From Myxococcota bacterium (GTDB lineage: Bacteria > Myxococcota_A > Polyangia > Nannocystales > Nannocystaceae), in contig JBCCHT010000018.1 of the NCBI GenBank assembly GCA_039028615.1, positions 32,001 through 96,000 of the forward strand: 64,000 bases of DNA, in the 5' to 3' direction. Under the pieces are notes generated by a model that had not been told where the DNA came from, ran no database searches, and saw nothing but the letters and a program-made list of their open reading frames with translations. Shown here in pieces: positions 50,333 through 61,500 of this stretch. Position numbers and translations under genes: made by a program. Position 1 is the stretch's first letter; each line of letters opens with the position of its first letter.

Positions 50333-50728
50333 ATGACCATGCATCGACTGTTGATCACGGGAGTGATGGGCCTGGCCCTGTCCCTCGGTGCCTGCGACTC
50401 CGGCGAGAAGAAGGACGACGGCAAGACCGCGAAGGCCGACGGCAAGAAGGCCGACGGCAAGAACGCCGATGGCAAGAAGGCCGACGACGGCAAGAAGGCC
50501 GACGGCAACGCGGACGGTGGTGACGCCGCGGACGAAGCCGACGATGCGTTCGACGAGCGCGTCGTGAAGGCGGCGGGCCTGGCCAAGAAGATCGAGGCCG
50601 AGCCCGAGAAGACCGACGAGATCCTCGCGGAGGCGGGGACCACTCGCGAAGAGTTCGAGGCGCTCATCTACGAGGTGAGCCGCCCCGAGCTGGCCGAGCA
50701 GTACCGCTTGGCCATGGCCGAGGGCTGA
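50333..50728 (+). CDS. Small lipoprotein with KADGK repeats
   Basis: Lipobox LGAC; begins 3 nt after the previous stop. Confidence 0.75.
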   Translation: MTMHRLLITGVMGLALSLGACDSGEKKDDGKTAKADGKKADGKNADGKKADDGKKADGNADGGDAADEADDAFDERVVKAAGLAKKIEAEPEKTDEILAEAGTTREEFEALIYEVSRPELAEQYRLAMAEG

Positions 50729-50967
50729 CTTCCACCCGCGGGCCGTTGCTCGCGCAGCGGCCCGCAACGGCCCACATGCAATGAGCCGAGATGCACACAA
50801 TGTGTGCGTCTCGGCTTTGTCCGTTTCCGAGCACGAGCCCTGGGATTTCCACCCGGCCAGTTGGCCGCAGCGCGCGAAACGGCCCAGAACGCGCCTCTTG
50901 GACTCATTCAACCTGCACTGCGGCGTCAGGAGATCACGGAACGGCCCTTCGCTCGGTCTGGGTGGGG

Positions 50968-51417
50968 GTGCTATTGTCCCCTACGATTTTGGAGAAGCTA
51001 TCGGTCCCGGTGGCCTCCGATACCGACCCCCTCGTGGTCAGTAGCTTGGCCAAAGATTTTGCAACTCGCCTGGGTTTTCCCTCGGTCGAGGTCGCTCAGG
51101 TTGCTCTCGCGGCCGGTGAGCTCGCGAGCAATTGCTGGAGACACGCCGGCGGTGGGCGCGTCGAGATTTGGGCCGTCGAGTGCGGGATTGAACTACGCGC
51201 GATCGATCAGGGTCCGGGAATCGCCGACCTCTCGCGTGCCAGCGAAGACGGCGTCAGTCGCGGTCGCAAGCACACCGCGTACACGCCGATCCGCGACAGC
51301 CTCGGCGCAGGCCTCGGGTCCGTCCGCCGCTTGATGGACGAGGTCGAGGTGCAGACCGAAGTCTCGCGGGGCACCACCGTCATCGCGCGTAAGCGCCTCC
51401 ACGAGTGCACCGGATGA
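50968..51417 (+). CDS. rsbT: RsbT-like HATPase Ser/Thr kinase (copy 1; start uncertain)
   Basis: ELASNCWRHAGGG, DQGPGI, LGAGLGSVRRLMDEV, GTTV. Confidence 0.8.
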   Translation: MLLSPTILEKLSVPVASDTDPLVVSSLAKDFATRLGFPSVEVAQVALAAGELASNCWRHAGGGRVEIWAVECGIELRAIDQGPGIADLSRASEDGVSRGRKHTAYTPIRDSLGAGLGSVRRLMDEVEVQTEVSRGTTVIARKRLHECTG

Positions 51418-52031
51418 AGGACAAGGTCCTCGAGGTTCTCGCGCGCTACATGTCTCGGCTTCACGCCGAGATGACGCTGCGTCGCGCGATGAACAAGGTC
51501 GGGATGGATTCCCGGCTCGAGGACACTCGTGCATACCCCAAGCTCGCGGCGGCGCTGGAGACCAGCCTGCGCCTGTTCACCAGCGAGTCGCAGATCGACA
51601 CCGCGGTCGGTGAGCTCCGAGAGGTGCTCACCCCGGACCAGCCGTCGTCCGTGCTCGTCGACCTCCACTCCGAGGCCGACATGAGCCTCGCTCGCCAGGC
51701 CGCGCGCACCCTGGCCGAGAAGATGGGCGCCCGCAGCTTCGCCGCGCAGAAGTTCACCACCGCCGTCAGCGAGCTGGCCCGGAACATCGTGCAGTATGCC
51801 GGGCGCGGCAAGGTCGAGCTGGTGCCGCTATCCGAGGGCCTTCGCGGCCTCAAGGTGCTGGCGACCGACGACGGCCCCGGCATCCCCAACCTCGACGAGA
51901 TCCTGGACGGGCGCTACAAGAGCCGCACCGGTCTCGGCAAGGGGATCTTGGGCGTGCGTCGCCTGATGGACCGCTTCGAGATCAGCAGCGGTGAGCAAGG
52001 AACCCGAGTCGAGGCGGAGCTGCACCTGTGA
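51414..52031 (+). CDS. rsbT: RsbT-like kinase with N-terminal helical extension (copy 2)
   Basis: TAVSELARNIVQYAGRG, DDGPGI, GLGKGILGVRRLMD. Confidence 0.85.
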   Translation: MKDKVLEVLARYMSRLHAEMTLRRAMNKVGMDSRLEDTRAYPKLAAALETSLRLFTSESQIDTAVGELREVLTPDQPSSVLVDLHSEADMSLARQAARTLAEKMGARSFAAQKFTTAVSELARNIVQYAGRGKVELVPLSEGLRGLKVLATDDGPGIPNLDEILDGRYKSRTGLGKGILGVRRLMDRFEISSGEQGTRVEAELHL

Positions 52032-52603
52032 GACTCGAGCTCGCCCACCGCACGCGTCCTCACCCGGATGAGACGGAGAACGGCGACGCAGTGTGGCTCG
52101 GCGAGTGGATCCATCGCCCGGCCTTCGCCGTGTTCGACGGCTCGGGTCACGGACGCGAGGCGGCCGAGGCCTCGGCCCGGGCCTGCGCCGTGCTCGATGA
52201 GTGGGACGGCACACTCGATCTCCCTGGGTTGGTCGACCGGCTGCATCGCGACCTCCGGGGCTCACGGGGCTGCGCGGCCCTCGTGGCCGTGCTCGACGAG
52301 CGAATGCTGCGGGGCTTCGGGGTGGGCAACGTCGAGCTCCGTGCGCTCAATCGCACAGTCACCGCGCTGCTGACCCCCGGCATCCTGGGGGCTCGGCTCC
52401 GACGCAAGGTCAACCTGTTCGAGATTCCCCTGCGGGCCGGCGATCGCCTCCTGGTGTCCTCCGATGGCGTCAAGGCCCGCGTCGAGCGCGAGTACCACGA
52501 AGGCTTGAGCCCCGCGGACTTGTGTGATTCGCTTCTACGGGACTTTGCCCGGTCCACAGACGACGCGACCGTTCTCGCGGCCGACGTTCACGAAGATCCA
52601 TGA
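52028..52603 (+). CDS. rsbX: RsbX-like PP2C/SpoIIE phosphatase
   Basis: ENGDA, FDGSGHG, VGNV, SDGV, DDAT. Confidence 0.8.
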   Translation: MRLELAHRTRPHPDETENGDAVWLGEWIHRPAFAVFDGSGHGREAAEASARACAVLDEWDGTLDLPGLVDRLHRDLRGSRGCAALVAVLDERMLRGFGVGNVELRALNRTVTALLTPGILGARLRRKVNLFEIPLRAGDRLLVSSDGVKARVEREYHEGLSPADLCDSLLRDFARSTDDATVLAADVHEDP

Positions 52604-53019
52604 CTGAGACCCGCCCCACGATCCCGGTCCTCAAGATGTGGGACCAGCTCCTCGTCGCTCTCCAGGGCGATGTCTCCGATCGTCAGGCGGACGATCTGTC
52701 GCGCTCCGTGCTCCGGCGCATTCGCGACGTCGACGTCAGCGGGCTGATTCTCGATGTGACCGGGGTCCATACCCTCGACTCACACCTGTGTGCCGTGCTC
52801 GCTCGCCTGGCCGCGTCCGCGCGGCTGATGGGCGTGCGCTCGGTGATGTGCGGGCTGACGCCCGAAGTGGTCATGACCCTCCAGGCGATGGACATCGAGC
52901 TCGACGAGATCGAGACGATGGGCACGATCGAGGAGGCCATGGAAGCCGCGGGCATCCAACACACCCTGCTGGGCGATCGCGACTACGATCTCAACGAGTT
53001 CTTCGGAGTGAAGTCATGA
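52600..53019 (+). CDS. rsbS: RsbS-like STAS protein
   Basis: IPVLK, LILDVTGVHTLDS, RLMG, GLTPEVVMTL. Confidence 0.85.
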   Translation: MTETRPTIPVLKMWDQLLVALQGDVSDRQADDLSRSVLRRIRDVDVSGLILDVTGVHTLDSHLCAVLARLAASARLMGVRSVMCGLTPEVVMTLQAMDIELDEIETMGTIEEAMEAAGIQHTLLGDRDYDLNEFFGVKS

Positions 53020-53723
53020 GCGGCGATGATCTGATTACCCTATCGCGGGCCCGACTCGAGTCGTTGATGTCGGCTGTCTCCGCCGCATCGGTGGCCGCCT
53101 ACTCCGAGGCGCTCAACGAGGTCAAAGTCCGAGAGGAAGACGACTTCGGCGAGCTCGAGCACGTCGTCGCGCTGTTCATCGACGAGCTTCGCACCGCGGC
53201 CCAGCGCCGCGACGACGCGATGAAGGCGATGACCGAGGCCCGGGCCTCGCTCGAGGAGAAGCTCGACACCATTCGCCGCCAGCAGATCGCCATCCGCGAT
53301 CTCTCTGCGCCGATCATCGACCTGTGGGAAGGCATCCTCACCCTGCCCATCGTGGGCACGGTGGACTCGCAGCGCGCGGTGGACATCACCGAGAAGCTGC
53401 TCCAGCGCATCGCCGACACCAACGCGGCCTGCGTCATCATCGATCTGACCGGCGTCGACGTGGTCGACACGATGACCGCCGATCACCTCATCAAGCTGGT
53501 GAAGTCCGCTCGCCTGCTGGGCACCTTCTGCGTGGTGACGGGCATCGGCCCCGAGATCGCCCGCACCCTGGTCGACCTGGGGGTCGAGCTGCACGAGCTC
53601 ATCACCCTCAAGCGCCTGCGCGAGGGCTTGCAGGCCTGCCTGGTGCATCTGCAGAGCCGCAAGCGCAAAGCGGGCAACTGGAAAGAAATGCACAAGAACG
53701 GCACCTCGTCGAAGGTCGGCTGA
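53016..53723 (+). CDS. rsbR: RsbR-like STAS protein
   Basis: ATG 53016; IRDLSAPII, LPIVGTVDSQRA, DLTGVDVVDT, GIGPEIARTLV. Confidence 0.88.
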   Translation: MSGDDLITLSRARLESLMSAVSAASVAAYSEALNEVKVREEDDFGELEHVVALFIDELRTAAQRRDDAMKAMTEARASLEEKLDTIRRQQIAIRDLSAPIIDLWEGILTLPIVGTVDSQRAVDITEKLLQRIADTNAACVIIDLTGVDVVDTMTADHLIKLVKSARLLGTFCVVTGIGPEIARTLVDLGVELHELITLKRLREGLQACLVHLQSRKRKAGNWKEMHKNGTSSKVG

Positions 53724-53874
53724 GCCGCCCGTCGTCGTGGTGCGTTGGTGCCGTCTGCGCCGAACGCCGGGGACCGGCTCGCTCCGGCGTCGAAAAGCGG
53801 GCTCCGGGATGGATAGACCCGGGCGTGGCGCCTTCCCGTGTGGAACCGGGCAGCAAGGCGGCGTACAGTAGTCC

Positions 53875-54510
53875 TTGGTGCAGAGTGGAAGCCAGTGGGT
53901 TGCCGCGGCCGCGATGGTGCTCATCGCGACGACGACCGGCTGTGTCGAGCGTTTGATCTACGACACCGGTGCCTTTGGCGATGGCAACGGGGACGGCGGA
54001 CAGATCGATACCGAGACCGACGGGTTCGGCGTCACCGACCAGATCACCACCGCCGATAGCACGGTCGCCACCACGACGACCCCCGGCACCGGGTGCGAGA
54101 TCGAGGCCGACTGCGACAATGGCCAGACCTGCTTCGAGGGGGTGTGTGTGGGCGAAGGCTCGCTTCGCATCTCCCTGTCGTGGGAAGAAGTGACCGACTT
54201 CGACCTGCATGTGTTTGTGCCCAACGGCGACTGGATGAGCTACGAGAACCCGTTGACCGACTACGGGGAGCTGGATGTCGACGACTGCGTGGGCGGCACC
54301 TGTATCAATCAGAACGGGACCCACGTCGAAAATGTGTTGCTCTACTCCAACGCACCACGCGGCACATATGGCATCCGGGTGGTGAACTTCGATGGTCGTG
54401 CGGGCGCCGACTACCGGATCGAGGTCGCGGGAGCAGTGTCCGGGTCGTTCAGCGGCTTCGTTCCCGGAATCGACTACGCCGAGAGTCCGGTCCATCAGAT
54501 CACCTGGTGA
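53875..54510 (+). CDS. Lipoprotein with YfaP/DUF2135-like domain
   Basis: Lipobox TTGC; LRISLSW, DFDLHV..P, LDVDD, VEN. Confidence 0.7.
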   Translation: MVQSGSQWVAAAAMVLIATTTGCVERLIYDTGAFGDGNGDGGQIDTETDGFGVTDQITTADSTVATTTTPGTGCEIEADCDNGQTCFEGVCVGEGSLRISLSWEEVTDFDLHVFVPNGDWMSYENPLTDYGELDVDDCVGGTCINQNGTHVENVLLYSNAPRGTYGIRVVNFDGRAGADYRIEVAGAVSGSFSGFVPGIDYAESPVHQITW

Positions 54511-54561
54511 CATCGTTGGGGGGCAGGCCCCGCGGCTGGGCCCGGGGGTTTCCCCACGACC

Positions 54562-57500
54562 GTGGTTGGGCCGCAAAGGGCCCGAGTATTGAACCCGACG
54601 GGCAAAAAGGGCACGCTGGCTACACGCGTGGGTGTGGAGCGCAGCAAGCAGCCTCCGGCAGGCGCGGGAGACGATGAGACCCGCGAGGTGTTGCGGGCGC
54701 CGAGCCTCGGCACCACCGAAGACGTCGTCGGCCAAGGGCCGCTGCCGCCCGAGGCTTCCGATCCCATCACGCTCGGTCGCTTCGAGATCGTCAAGCGTCT
54801 CGGCAAGGGAGCCATGGGCGTCGTCTACGAGGCGATGGACCCGCGGGGCAAAACCGCGCTCGCCATCAAGTCGGTCAGTCGCCTGAGCCCCGAGGCGCTC
54901 TATCGCTTCAAGCAAGAGTTCCGCTCGCTCGTGCGATTGCAGCATCGCAACGTCGTGCAGCTGCACGAGCTGCACTTCGAAGGCGATCGCCTGTTCTTCA
55001 CCATGGAGCTGATCCACGGGGAAGACTTCGTGTCCGCATTGTGTGGTCCGAAGATCGCCGCCGACTCGTCGCAGCGCCGGCCCTGCCGCGACTACCCGCG
55101 CTTGCACGATGCCCTGCGGCAGCTCGCCGAGGGGGTGCATGCCATCCACGCCGGCAAGATCCTCCATCGTGACATCAAGCCTTCGAATGTCTTGATCTCC
55201 AACGAGGGTCGAGTGGTGTTGCTGGACTTCGGCCTGGTGCGCCAGCACGACATCAACGTCGACCTCGGGGTGACCGACGACGGGGCCGTGCTGGGCACGC
55301 CGCTGTACATGTCTCCCGAGCAGGCGCTGGGCGAGCGGCTTGGTCCGCCCAGTGACTGGTACGGCGTCGGCGAGATGCTCTACCAGGCGCTGACCGGGCG
55401 CACGCCCTTCCAGGGCAAGGGCATGCTCGCCCTGCTCGCGGCCAAGCAAGACGACACCCCGCCCGCGCCTTCGACCGTGGTCTCCGGCATCCCGCCCGCG
55501 CTCGAGGCCTTGTGTGTCGACCTGCTGCAGCGCGAGCCCGAAGCCCGCCCCAACGGCGAAGAGGTCCTGCGGCGCATCGCCGCGCTCGACATCGACGGCG
55601 GCTCGTCCGACGACGTCCCGCGCCCCGTCGATCCCTCCTCCTCGGCCGAGACGCTGTACCTGGGCCGCGAGGTCGAGCACCAGGCGCTGTGTCAGGCGGC
55701 CGAGGCCACCCGTCGCGGTCGTCCGGTGGTGGTGCTGGTCGACGGCACTTCGGGCATGGGCAAGACGGCCATGGTCGAGCGCTTCCTGTCCGAGATCGGC
55801 CGGGACGAGAACACGGTGCTGCTCCAGGGCAAGTGCTCGGAGCGCGAGTCCATCCCCTACAAGGCGCTCGACTCGGTGATGGACACGCTGTGCGTGCACC
55901 TGCGAGGGCTCGCGAGCCCGGGCGACATCGAGGCGCTGCTGCCCCGCGACCCGCGGGCGGTGGCGCGGCTGTTCCCCGTGCTGCTGTCGATCCCCGCCGT
56001 GGCCAGTGCGCCCGAGCGCGACGAGCTCGGGCTCGATCCGACTCAGGCCCGGCGCCGCGCCTTCGGTGCCCTGCGCGAGCTGCTGGGGCGCATCGCCGAC
56101 CGCCGCCGCCTGGTCGTGCACATCGACGACCTGCAGTGGACCGACCTCGACTCGGCGATCCTGCTCGACGCGATCCTGCGCGACGCCGATGGCCCGCCGA
56201 TGCTCCTGCTGGCCACCTACCGCACCGATGCGGACGAGGGGGACGGCCCCTTGGCGCGCCTGGTGGGGGAGCTCGAAGAGGACGAGCGGGTCGACGTCCG
56301 CCGCATTCGCGTGGGCCCCATGACCCGCACCGAGGCCTCCGACCTCGCGCTGCGCATGCTGGGCGATCGCAGCAAGCGTCACCGGGCGCTGGCCGACGAG
56401 GTCGCGCGCGAGGCCGAGGGCAGCCCCTTCTTCGTGGGTGAGCTGGTTCGCTATGCGCAGCGGCTGGCCGAAGAGGCGGAGATCCCGGTGTCCGATTCGG
56501 ACTCGTCGGTGAGCCTCGACAGCGTCATCCGGCATCGCCTGCGCTCGCTCCCCGAGGCGGCGCGCCACCTGCTGGGCGTCATTGCGGTGGCGGGTGGTCA
56601 GGTGAGCCAGGGCATCGCGGTGCACGTGGCCATGGGCGAAGAGCCCGCTCGCGGGGCGCTGTCCCAGCTCCGGGCCGAGTCGCTGGTGCGCATCCACGGC
56701 CCCCGCGACCACGATCTCGTCGAGATCTATCACGACCGCATTCGCGAGACGGCGCTGCGGACCATCGAGCGCGACCAGATCGCCGAGATCCACCTCGCCT
56801 TGGGTCGCGCCCTCGAGTCTTCGGGTGATGCCGATGCCGTCGCGCTGTCGCATCACTTTCGCCAAGCGGGCGAGGACCAGCGGGCGACCCGGCACACCCT
56901 CGACGCGGCCGAGCAAGCCGAGGCCGCGCTCGCCTTCGATCGCGCGGCGCAGCTGTATCGGGCGGCGCTCGACCTGTCGGCGCTGCCCCCCGAAGAGGTC
57001 CCCGAGACCGAGGCCCGGCTGGCCGAAGCGCTGGCCAACGCGGGGCGCCTGTACGACTCGGCCCAGGCCTACTTGCGGGCCAGTGATGGCGGTCGCGATC
57101 GCGAGAACCTCGAGTGGACCCGCCGCGCGGCCGACCACATGCTCGCCAGCGGGCACAGCGAAGAGGGCCGCGTGGCGCTGCGAACGGTGCTCGAGTCGGT
57201 CGGCCTGGGCCTGCCCAAGTCCACGGGGCGCGCCATCGCATCGCTGCTGCGGCACCGCGCCGCCCTGGGGATGCGCGGGCTGAAGTATCGCCTGCGCGAC
57301 GCCTCGGAGATCTCGGCCAGCGACCTCGAACGGCTCGACGCGGCATGGACCGCCTCGCGCGGGCTCGTCTACACCGAGGGCATCCTCGGCGCCGACTTCC
57401 ACGCCCGGCACCTCCGCATGGCGCTGCGCTGCGGCGAGCCCATGCGGCTGTCTCGGGCCTTGGCCATCGAGGCGCACATGCAGGCGATCTTGGGGGCGGA

Positions 57501-58473
57501 CAAGAAGCTGCCCAAGGCCCAGGAACTGCTCGCCGACGCCGAGCAGCTCGCCGAGCAGACCGACAGCGCCTCCGCCCGCGGCTTCGTGATCGAGGCGCGG
57601 GGCCACGTGTGGATGGCGGTCGGCCACTGGCCCAACGCGGTCGAAGACCTCGAGCGCGCCACCAAGATCTTCCGCGAGCAGTGCACGGGCATGACCCAAG
57701 AGCTGTCCTACTGCGACGGCCACGGCAGCCTGTGTCTGTGGTTCATGGGTCGAGTGCGCGAGGTCGCCACCCGGGCCCCCATGCTGCTGCGGGAATCCAC
57801 CGATCGGGCCAACCCCTACGTCCAGGGCTATGCCCGCGGCCTGCTCGCCAACGTGATGATGGCCGAGGACCGGGCCGAAGAAGCGGAAGAGCAGCTGGCG
57901 ATCTGTCGGCGAGAGGCACCGCGTCACTTCGAGGCGCACAAGCTCAACTACGTCTCCGGTACCGGGGCGCTGCGGCGCTATCGGGGAGACACCGAAGGGG
58001 CGTGGTCGGTCTGCGAGCGGGACTATCCCGAGGTTCGCAAGCTCACCGTGCTCTCGGCGGCCCTGGCGAAGGCGGAGTTCCTGCTGTGGCGCGGCTCCTG
58101 TGCCCTCGCGGGAGCGACCACTGCCGCCGATCCGGCACCCTTGCTCGGCGAGGCCAAGAGCTGCGCGAGCAAGCTGATGAAGATCCCCGCCGTGTTCACC
58201 AAGGCCTACGCCCACCTGATGCGGGCCGGGGTCGCATCGCTGCAGGGCAACGAAGAGGCCGCGATCGCCGACCTCCGCGAAGCCATCGAGCGCGCGTCGT
58301 CCCGCGGCATGGCGATCCACGTGGCGGCGGCGCAGCGGCGACTGGCGGCCATCGTGGGCGGAAGCGAGGGAGAGACGCTGCTCGCCGACAGCGATGCGTT
58401 CATGGAAAGAGAAGGCGTCGTCCGACCCGACCGCTTCACCGATATGGCGGCGCCCGGCTTCGTCCGTCGCTGA
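54562..58473 (+). CDS. Ser/Thr kinase + AAA/STAND-type ATPase + TPR-like repeats (start may be near 54628)
   Basis: LGKGAMG, HRDIKPSN, DFG, GTSGMGKT, IDDLQWTD, GSPFF; helical repeat C-terminus. Confidence 0.9.
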   Translation: MVGPQRARVLNPTGKKGTLATRVGVERSKQPPAGAGDDETREVLRAPSLGTTEDVVGQGPLPPEASDPITLGRFEIVKRLGKGAMGVVYEAMDPRGKTALAIKSVSRLSPEALYRFKQEFRSLVRLQHRNVVQLHELHFEGDRLFFTMELIHGEDFVSALCGPKIAADSSQRRPCRDYPRLHDALRQLAEGVHAIHAGKILHRDIKPSNVLISNEGRVVLLDFGLVRQHDINVDLGVTDDGAVLGTPLYMSPEQALGERLGPPSDWYGVGEMLYQALTGRTPFQGKGMLALLAAKQDDTPPAPSTVVSGIPPALEALCVDLLQREPEARPNGEEVLRRIAALDIDGGSSDDVPRPVDPSSSAETLYLGREVEHQALCQAAEATRRGRPVVVLVDGTSGMGKTAMVERFLSEIGRDENTVLLQGKCSERESIPYKALDSVMDTLCVHLRGLASPGDIEALLPRDPRAVARLFPVLLSIPAVASAPERDELGLDPTQARRRAFGALRELLGRIADRRRLVVHIDDLQWTDLDSAILLDAILRDADGPPMLLLATYRTDADEGDGPLARLVGELEEDERVDVRRIRVGPMTRTEASDLALRMLGDRSKRHRALADEVAREAEGSPFFVGELVRYAQRLAEEAEIPVSDSDSSVSLDSVIRHRLRSLPEAARHLLGVIAVAGGQVSQGIAVHVAMGEEPARGALSQLRAESLVRIHGPRDHDLVEIYHDRIRETALRTIERDQIAEIHLALGRALESSGDADAVALSHHFRQAGEDQRATRHTLDAAEQAEAALAFDRAAQLYRAALDLSALPPEEVPETEARLAEALANAGRLYDSAQAYLRASDGGRDRENLEWTRRAADHMLASGHSEEGRVALRTVLESVGLGLPKSTGRAIASLLRHRAALGMRGLKYRLRDASEISASDLERLDAAWTASRGLVYTEGILGADFHARHLRMALRCGEPMRLSRALAIEAHMQAILGADKKLPKAQELLADAEQLAEQTDSASARGFVIEARGHVWMAVGHWPNAVEDLERATKIFREQCTGMTQELSYCDGHGSLCLWFMGRVREVATRAPMLLRESTDRANPYVQGYARGLLANVMMAEDRAEEAEEQLAICRREAPRHFEAHKLNYVSGTGALRRYRGDTEGAWSVCERDYPEVRKLTVLSAALAKAEFLLWRGSCALAGATTAADPAPLLGEAKSCASKLMKIPAVFTKAYAHLMRAGVASLQGNEEAAIADLREAIERASSRGMAIHVAAAQRRLAAIVGGSEGETLLADSDAFMEREGVVRPDRFTDMAAPGFVRR

Positions 58474-58578
58474 CAGCCCCGCCGAGCCCTCGCCTCACTG
58501 AACAGGCGCCCTCCCCTGAGGGATGACTACGCCATTTTCGACGCCGACGCGCGGTTCGGGACTTACAATGGCGGGAGC

Positions 58579-61500
58579 TTGGCCGACTTCAGCAACGAGG
58601 AACGTCGCCGCTTCGAGGAGCGTGCGTGGACGCTGGCCGTCTCCGGGGGCGCCGAGCCGCTCGAAGCACTGACCGACCTGGCGGGGTCCGACGACTCGAC
58701 GCGCGAGGCGGTAGGCGCTCGCGAGGGCACCTCGGGCTCGCTCGAGGGCTACGTGGTCATTCAGCTGCTGCCCCGCGAGCAGGCGCAGCGCTTGTTGCCT
58801 CGCGGCCTCGAGCTCGCGCCGCAGCCGATCTGTGCCCCCGATCGTCACCCCGTGTTCCTGCTCTTCGCTCGCGAGCAGCTGCAGTCCCGCGCGTGGGGCC
58901 GTGACTACGCGGGCGTGACCCTGGGGGTGCCGTTCGTCCAGCACGCCGATCCCCACGTGCCGCATCGCGGCCCCTTCATCTATCGACCGCAGCAATACGT
59001 CGACGATCTCATCCCGTGCATGATGGGGCGCCGCGTCTACGGCTTCGAGCGCGACCGGGCCAAGATCGAGGTCGACGACAACGCCTACCGCATCTACGAC
59101 CGCGACGACGGCGAGATGGTGATCGAGGCCTGGTTCGAAAAGAAGGGCGACCCCGTCGCGCCGACCACCGTGCCCGGCTTCGATGCGGTGCGGCAGATCT
59201 TCGACCAGCCCACGATCTCCCAGGCGTTCCGCATCATCGACGAGCACGCCCTCCACGAGCGGGGCGGGCCCTTCTTGGGGTGCATCCATCGCCTGCTCTT
59301 CGACGACTCGGGCGCTCAGCTGACCCACGTCAACGCGGTCGTGCAGATCAAGGGCGAGGTGTCACCGCCCGCCTTCCCGCGCGAGCGCATCGTGTCGCCT
59401 TCGCTCGCCGCCCAGGAACTCGGTGCGTTTCACATCCGGGTCCCGCAGGAAATCTCGCTGCCCACCCAGAGCGTGAAGCTGCGCTTTCCCAAGGCGCCGC
59501 TTTTGTACAAGAAGCGGGTCGCGGTGCTCGGCGGCGGTCCGGCTGCGTGTGCGGCCGCGTTCTATCTCGCCAAGACCCAGCGCTACGACGTCACCCTGTA
59601 CACGCTCGGGTATCGCCTCGGCGGCAAGTGTGCGGCGGGCCGCAACCCCGAGCTGGGTCATCGCATCGAAGAGCACGGCCTGCACGCGTTCCTCGGCTTC
59701 TACAACAACGCCTTTCGCACCCTTCGCGAGGTCTACGAGGCGGCCGACATCCCCATCAACCTGGGGCAGGGGCCCTGGTCCGCGCAGCGCCTGGCGGACG
59801 GCGAAGGCCCCTACGCCCGCGCCTTCGAGGGCACCAACACGGTGGGGCTCATGGGGCGCTGGACCGACGCCGAAGGCGAGAAGCACTGGCGCTATTACGC
59901 CACCTCGAGCGAGGTCAACGACGGCGTGCCCGGGGAGGTGCCCTTCGAGCCCCGCGGTCCGCGAGGGCTGGCGCGCGCGGTCAAGGTGACCGTCGACGAG
60001 GCGCGCCGCCAGGCCCGGGAGCTGCGTCGTCGCAATCGCGGGGCCGCCGACGAGTCGTCCGACGAGCTCAAGGTCGAGCGACAGAGCTGGCTCGAGCGCA
60101 ACTTCGGCCGGATGGCGGTGCCCTTCGCTCCCTCCGACGATCCCGAAGACGACGATCAGATCTTCGACGTCATCGACACCCTCGACCGGATCAAGAACTG
60201 GGTCGAGCAAGTGGTCTTCGAGGAGATCACCGACGACATGGCGGCCGGCACCCGCTTCATGAACTTCGTGGCCGACCAGCTCGCGGGCGTCCGTCGCCGG
60301 GCGGGGAAAGACTACGAAGAGCGCATCTTCCAGGACCCCGACGCGTGGTTCGAGTGGAGCGGCCTCGACATCACCGTCACCATCGCCATCGGCCTCATCC
60401 GCGAGCGGGTCTCTCACCTCGAGGAACTCGACGGCTACGACCTGGTCGAGTGGCTACAAAAGCACGGGGTGACCGAGGGCAACGAGCGCAGCCCCATGGT
60501 GCTGTTCTTGTACGACTCGAGCTTCGCGACCAGCAAGACCAAGCCGGTGGTGGCCGATCACCTCGCGGCCGGCGTGGGCATTCGGTGGCTGCTGCTGCTG
60601 CTCGACTACCAGGGCTTCCAGGCCTACGAGTTCCGCTACAGCTGCCCCCAGACGCTGATGAGCCCCTACTACCACGCGCTCAAGAACCTGGGCGTGAAGG
60701 TCAACTTCTTCCACAAGGTCGAGGCGCTCCACGTCGAGCGCGACGGGGACGAGCGTCGGCTCAAGTCCGTTCGCATCCAGCGTCAGGCCACGGTCAAGGG
60801 CGGGCCCAGCAACTACGACCCGCACTGGCTGCCCGAGCTGCCCAACAACCCCCGGGGCTTCGAGCCGTGGGGCAACCGCCCCGACTACCGCCAGCTCGAA
60901 GAGGGCGAGGCGCTCGCGCAGTACGACCTCGAGGACGCCTGGACGCCGTGGCAAGGCGCGGAGACCATCGAGCTGCAGGTCGGCCGCGACATCGACCTGT
61001 GCGTCTGCGGCATGTCGCTGGGGGCCTTGCCCGCCGTGACCCAGGACCTCATCGAGCCGAGCAGCCCCGCCTACTGCGCGGCCTGGGCCGACATGATCGA
61101 CGGCATGGCGCTATGCCAGACGGTGTCGTTCCAGCTGTGGATGGAGTGCCCGCAGGAGCAGGTCTACGGCCCCGACGGGGTGCGAGGCATTCCCGATCGG
61201 CTCGGCCTGTTCACGCAGTTCGCCGAGCCCGAGGGCAGCTTCGGCAATTTCACCCACCTCATCCAGCGCGAGGACTGGGCCAACGCCGACGGCGTCTCCA
61301 CCCCGCCCGCGTTCCTGGCCTACCACACCGGGGCATGGGAGTCGGGCCACCCGCTCGAGGGGCATCCCTTCACCGACCACGAGTACACCGCACGCACGCA
61401 GGCGCAGTGGAAGGCCGAGGCGATGGAGTGGCTCGAGGCCAACTACCAAGACCTCTACAACCGCGCGCCCAAGCCCTTCTTCGCGTTCTGTGAGCAGCTC

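Noticed and set aside
53608..58320. 1570-aa minus-strand ORF and many other long overlapping ORFs (e.g. 5259-7256, 15858-17963, 59016-61493)
   Set aside because: These are antisense or off-frame shadows of motif-bearing genes, expected in high-GC DNA, with no recognisable motifs.
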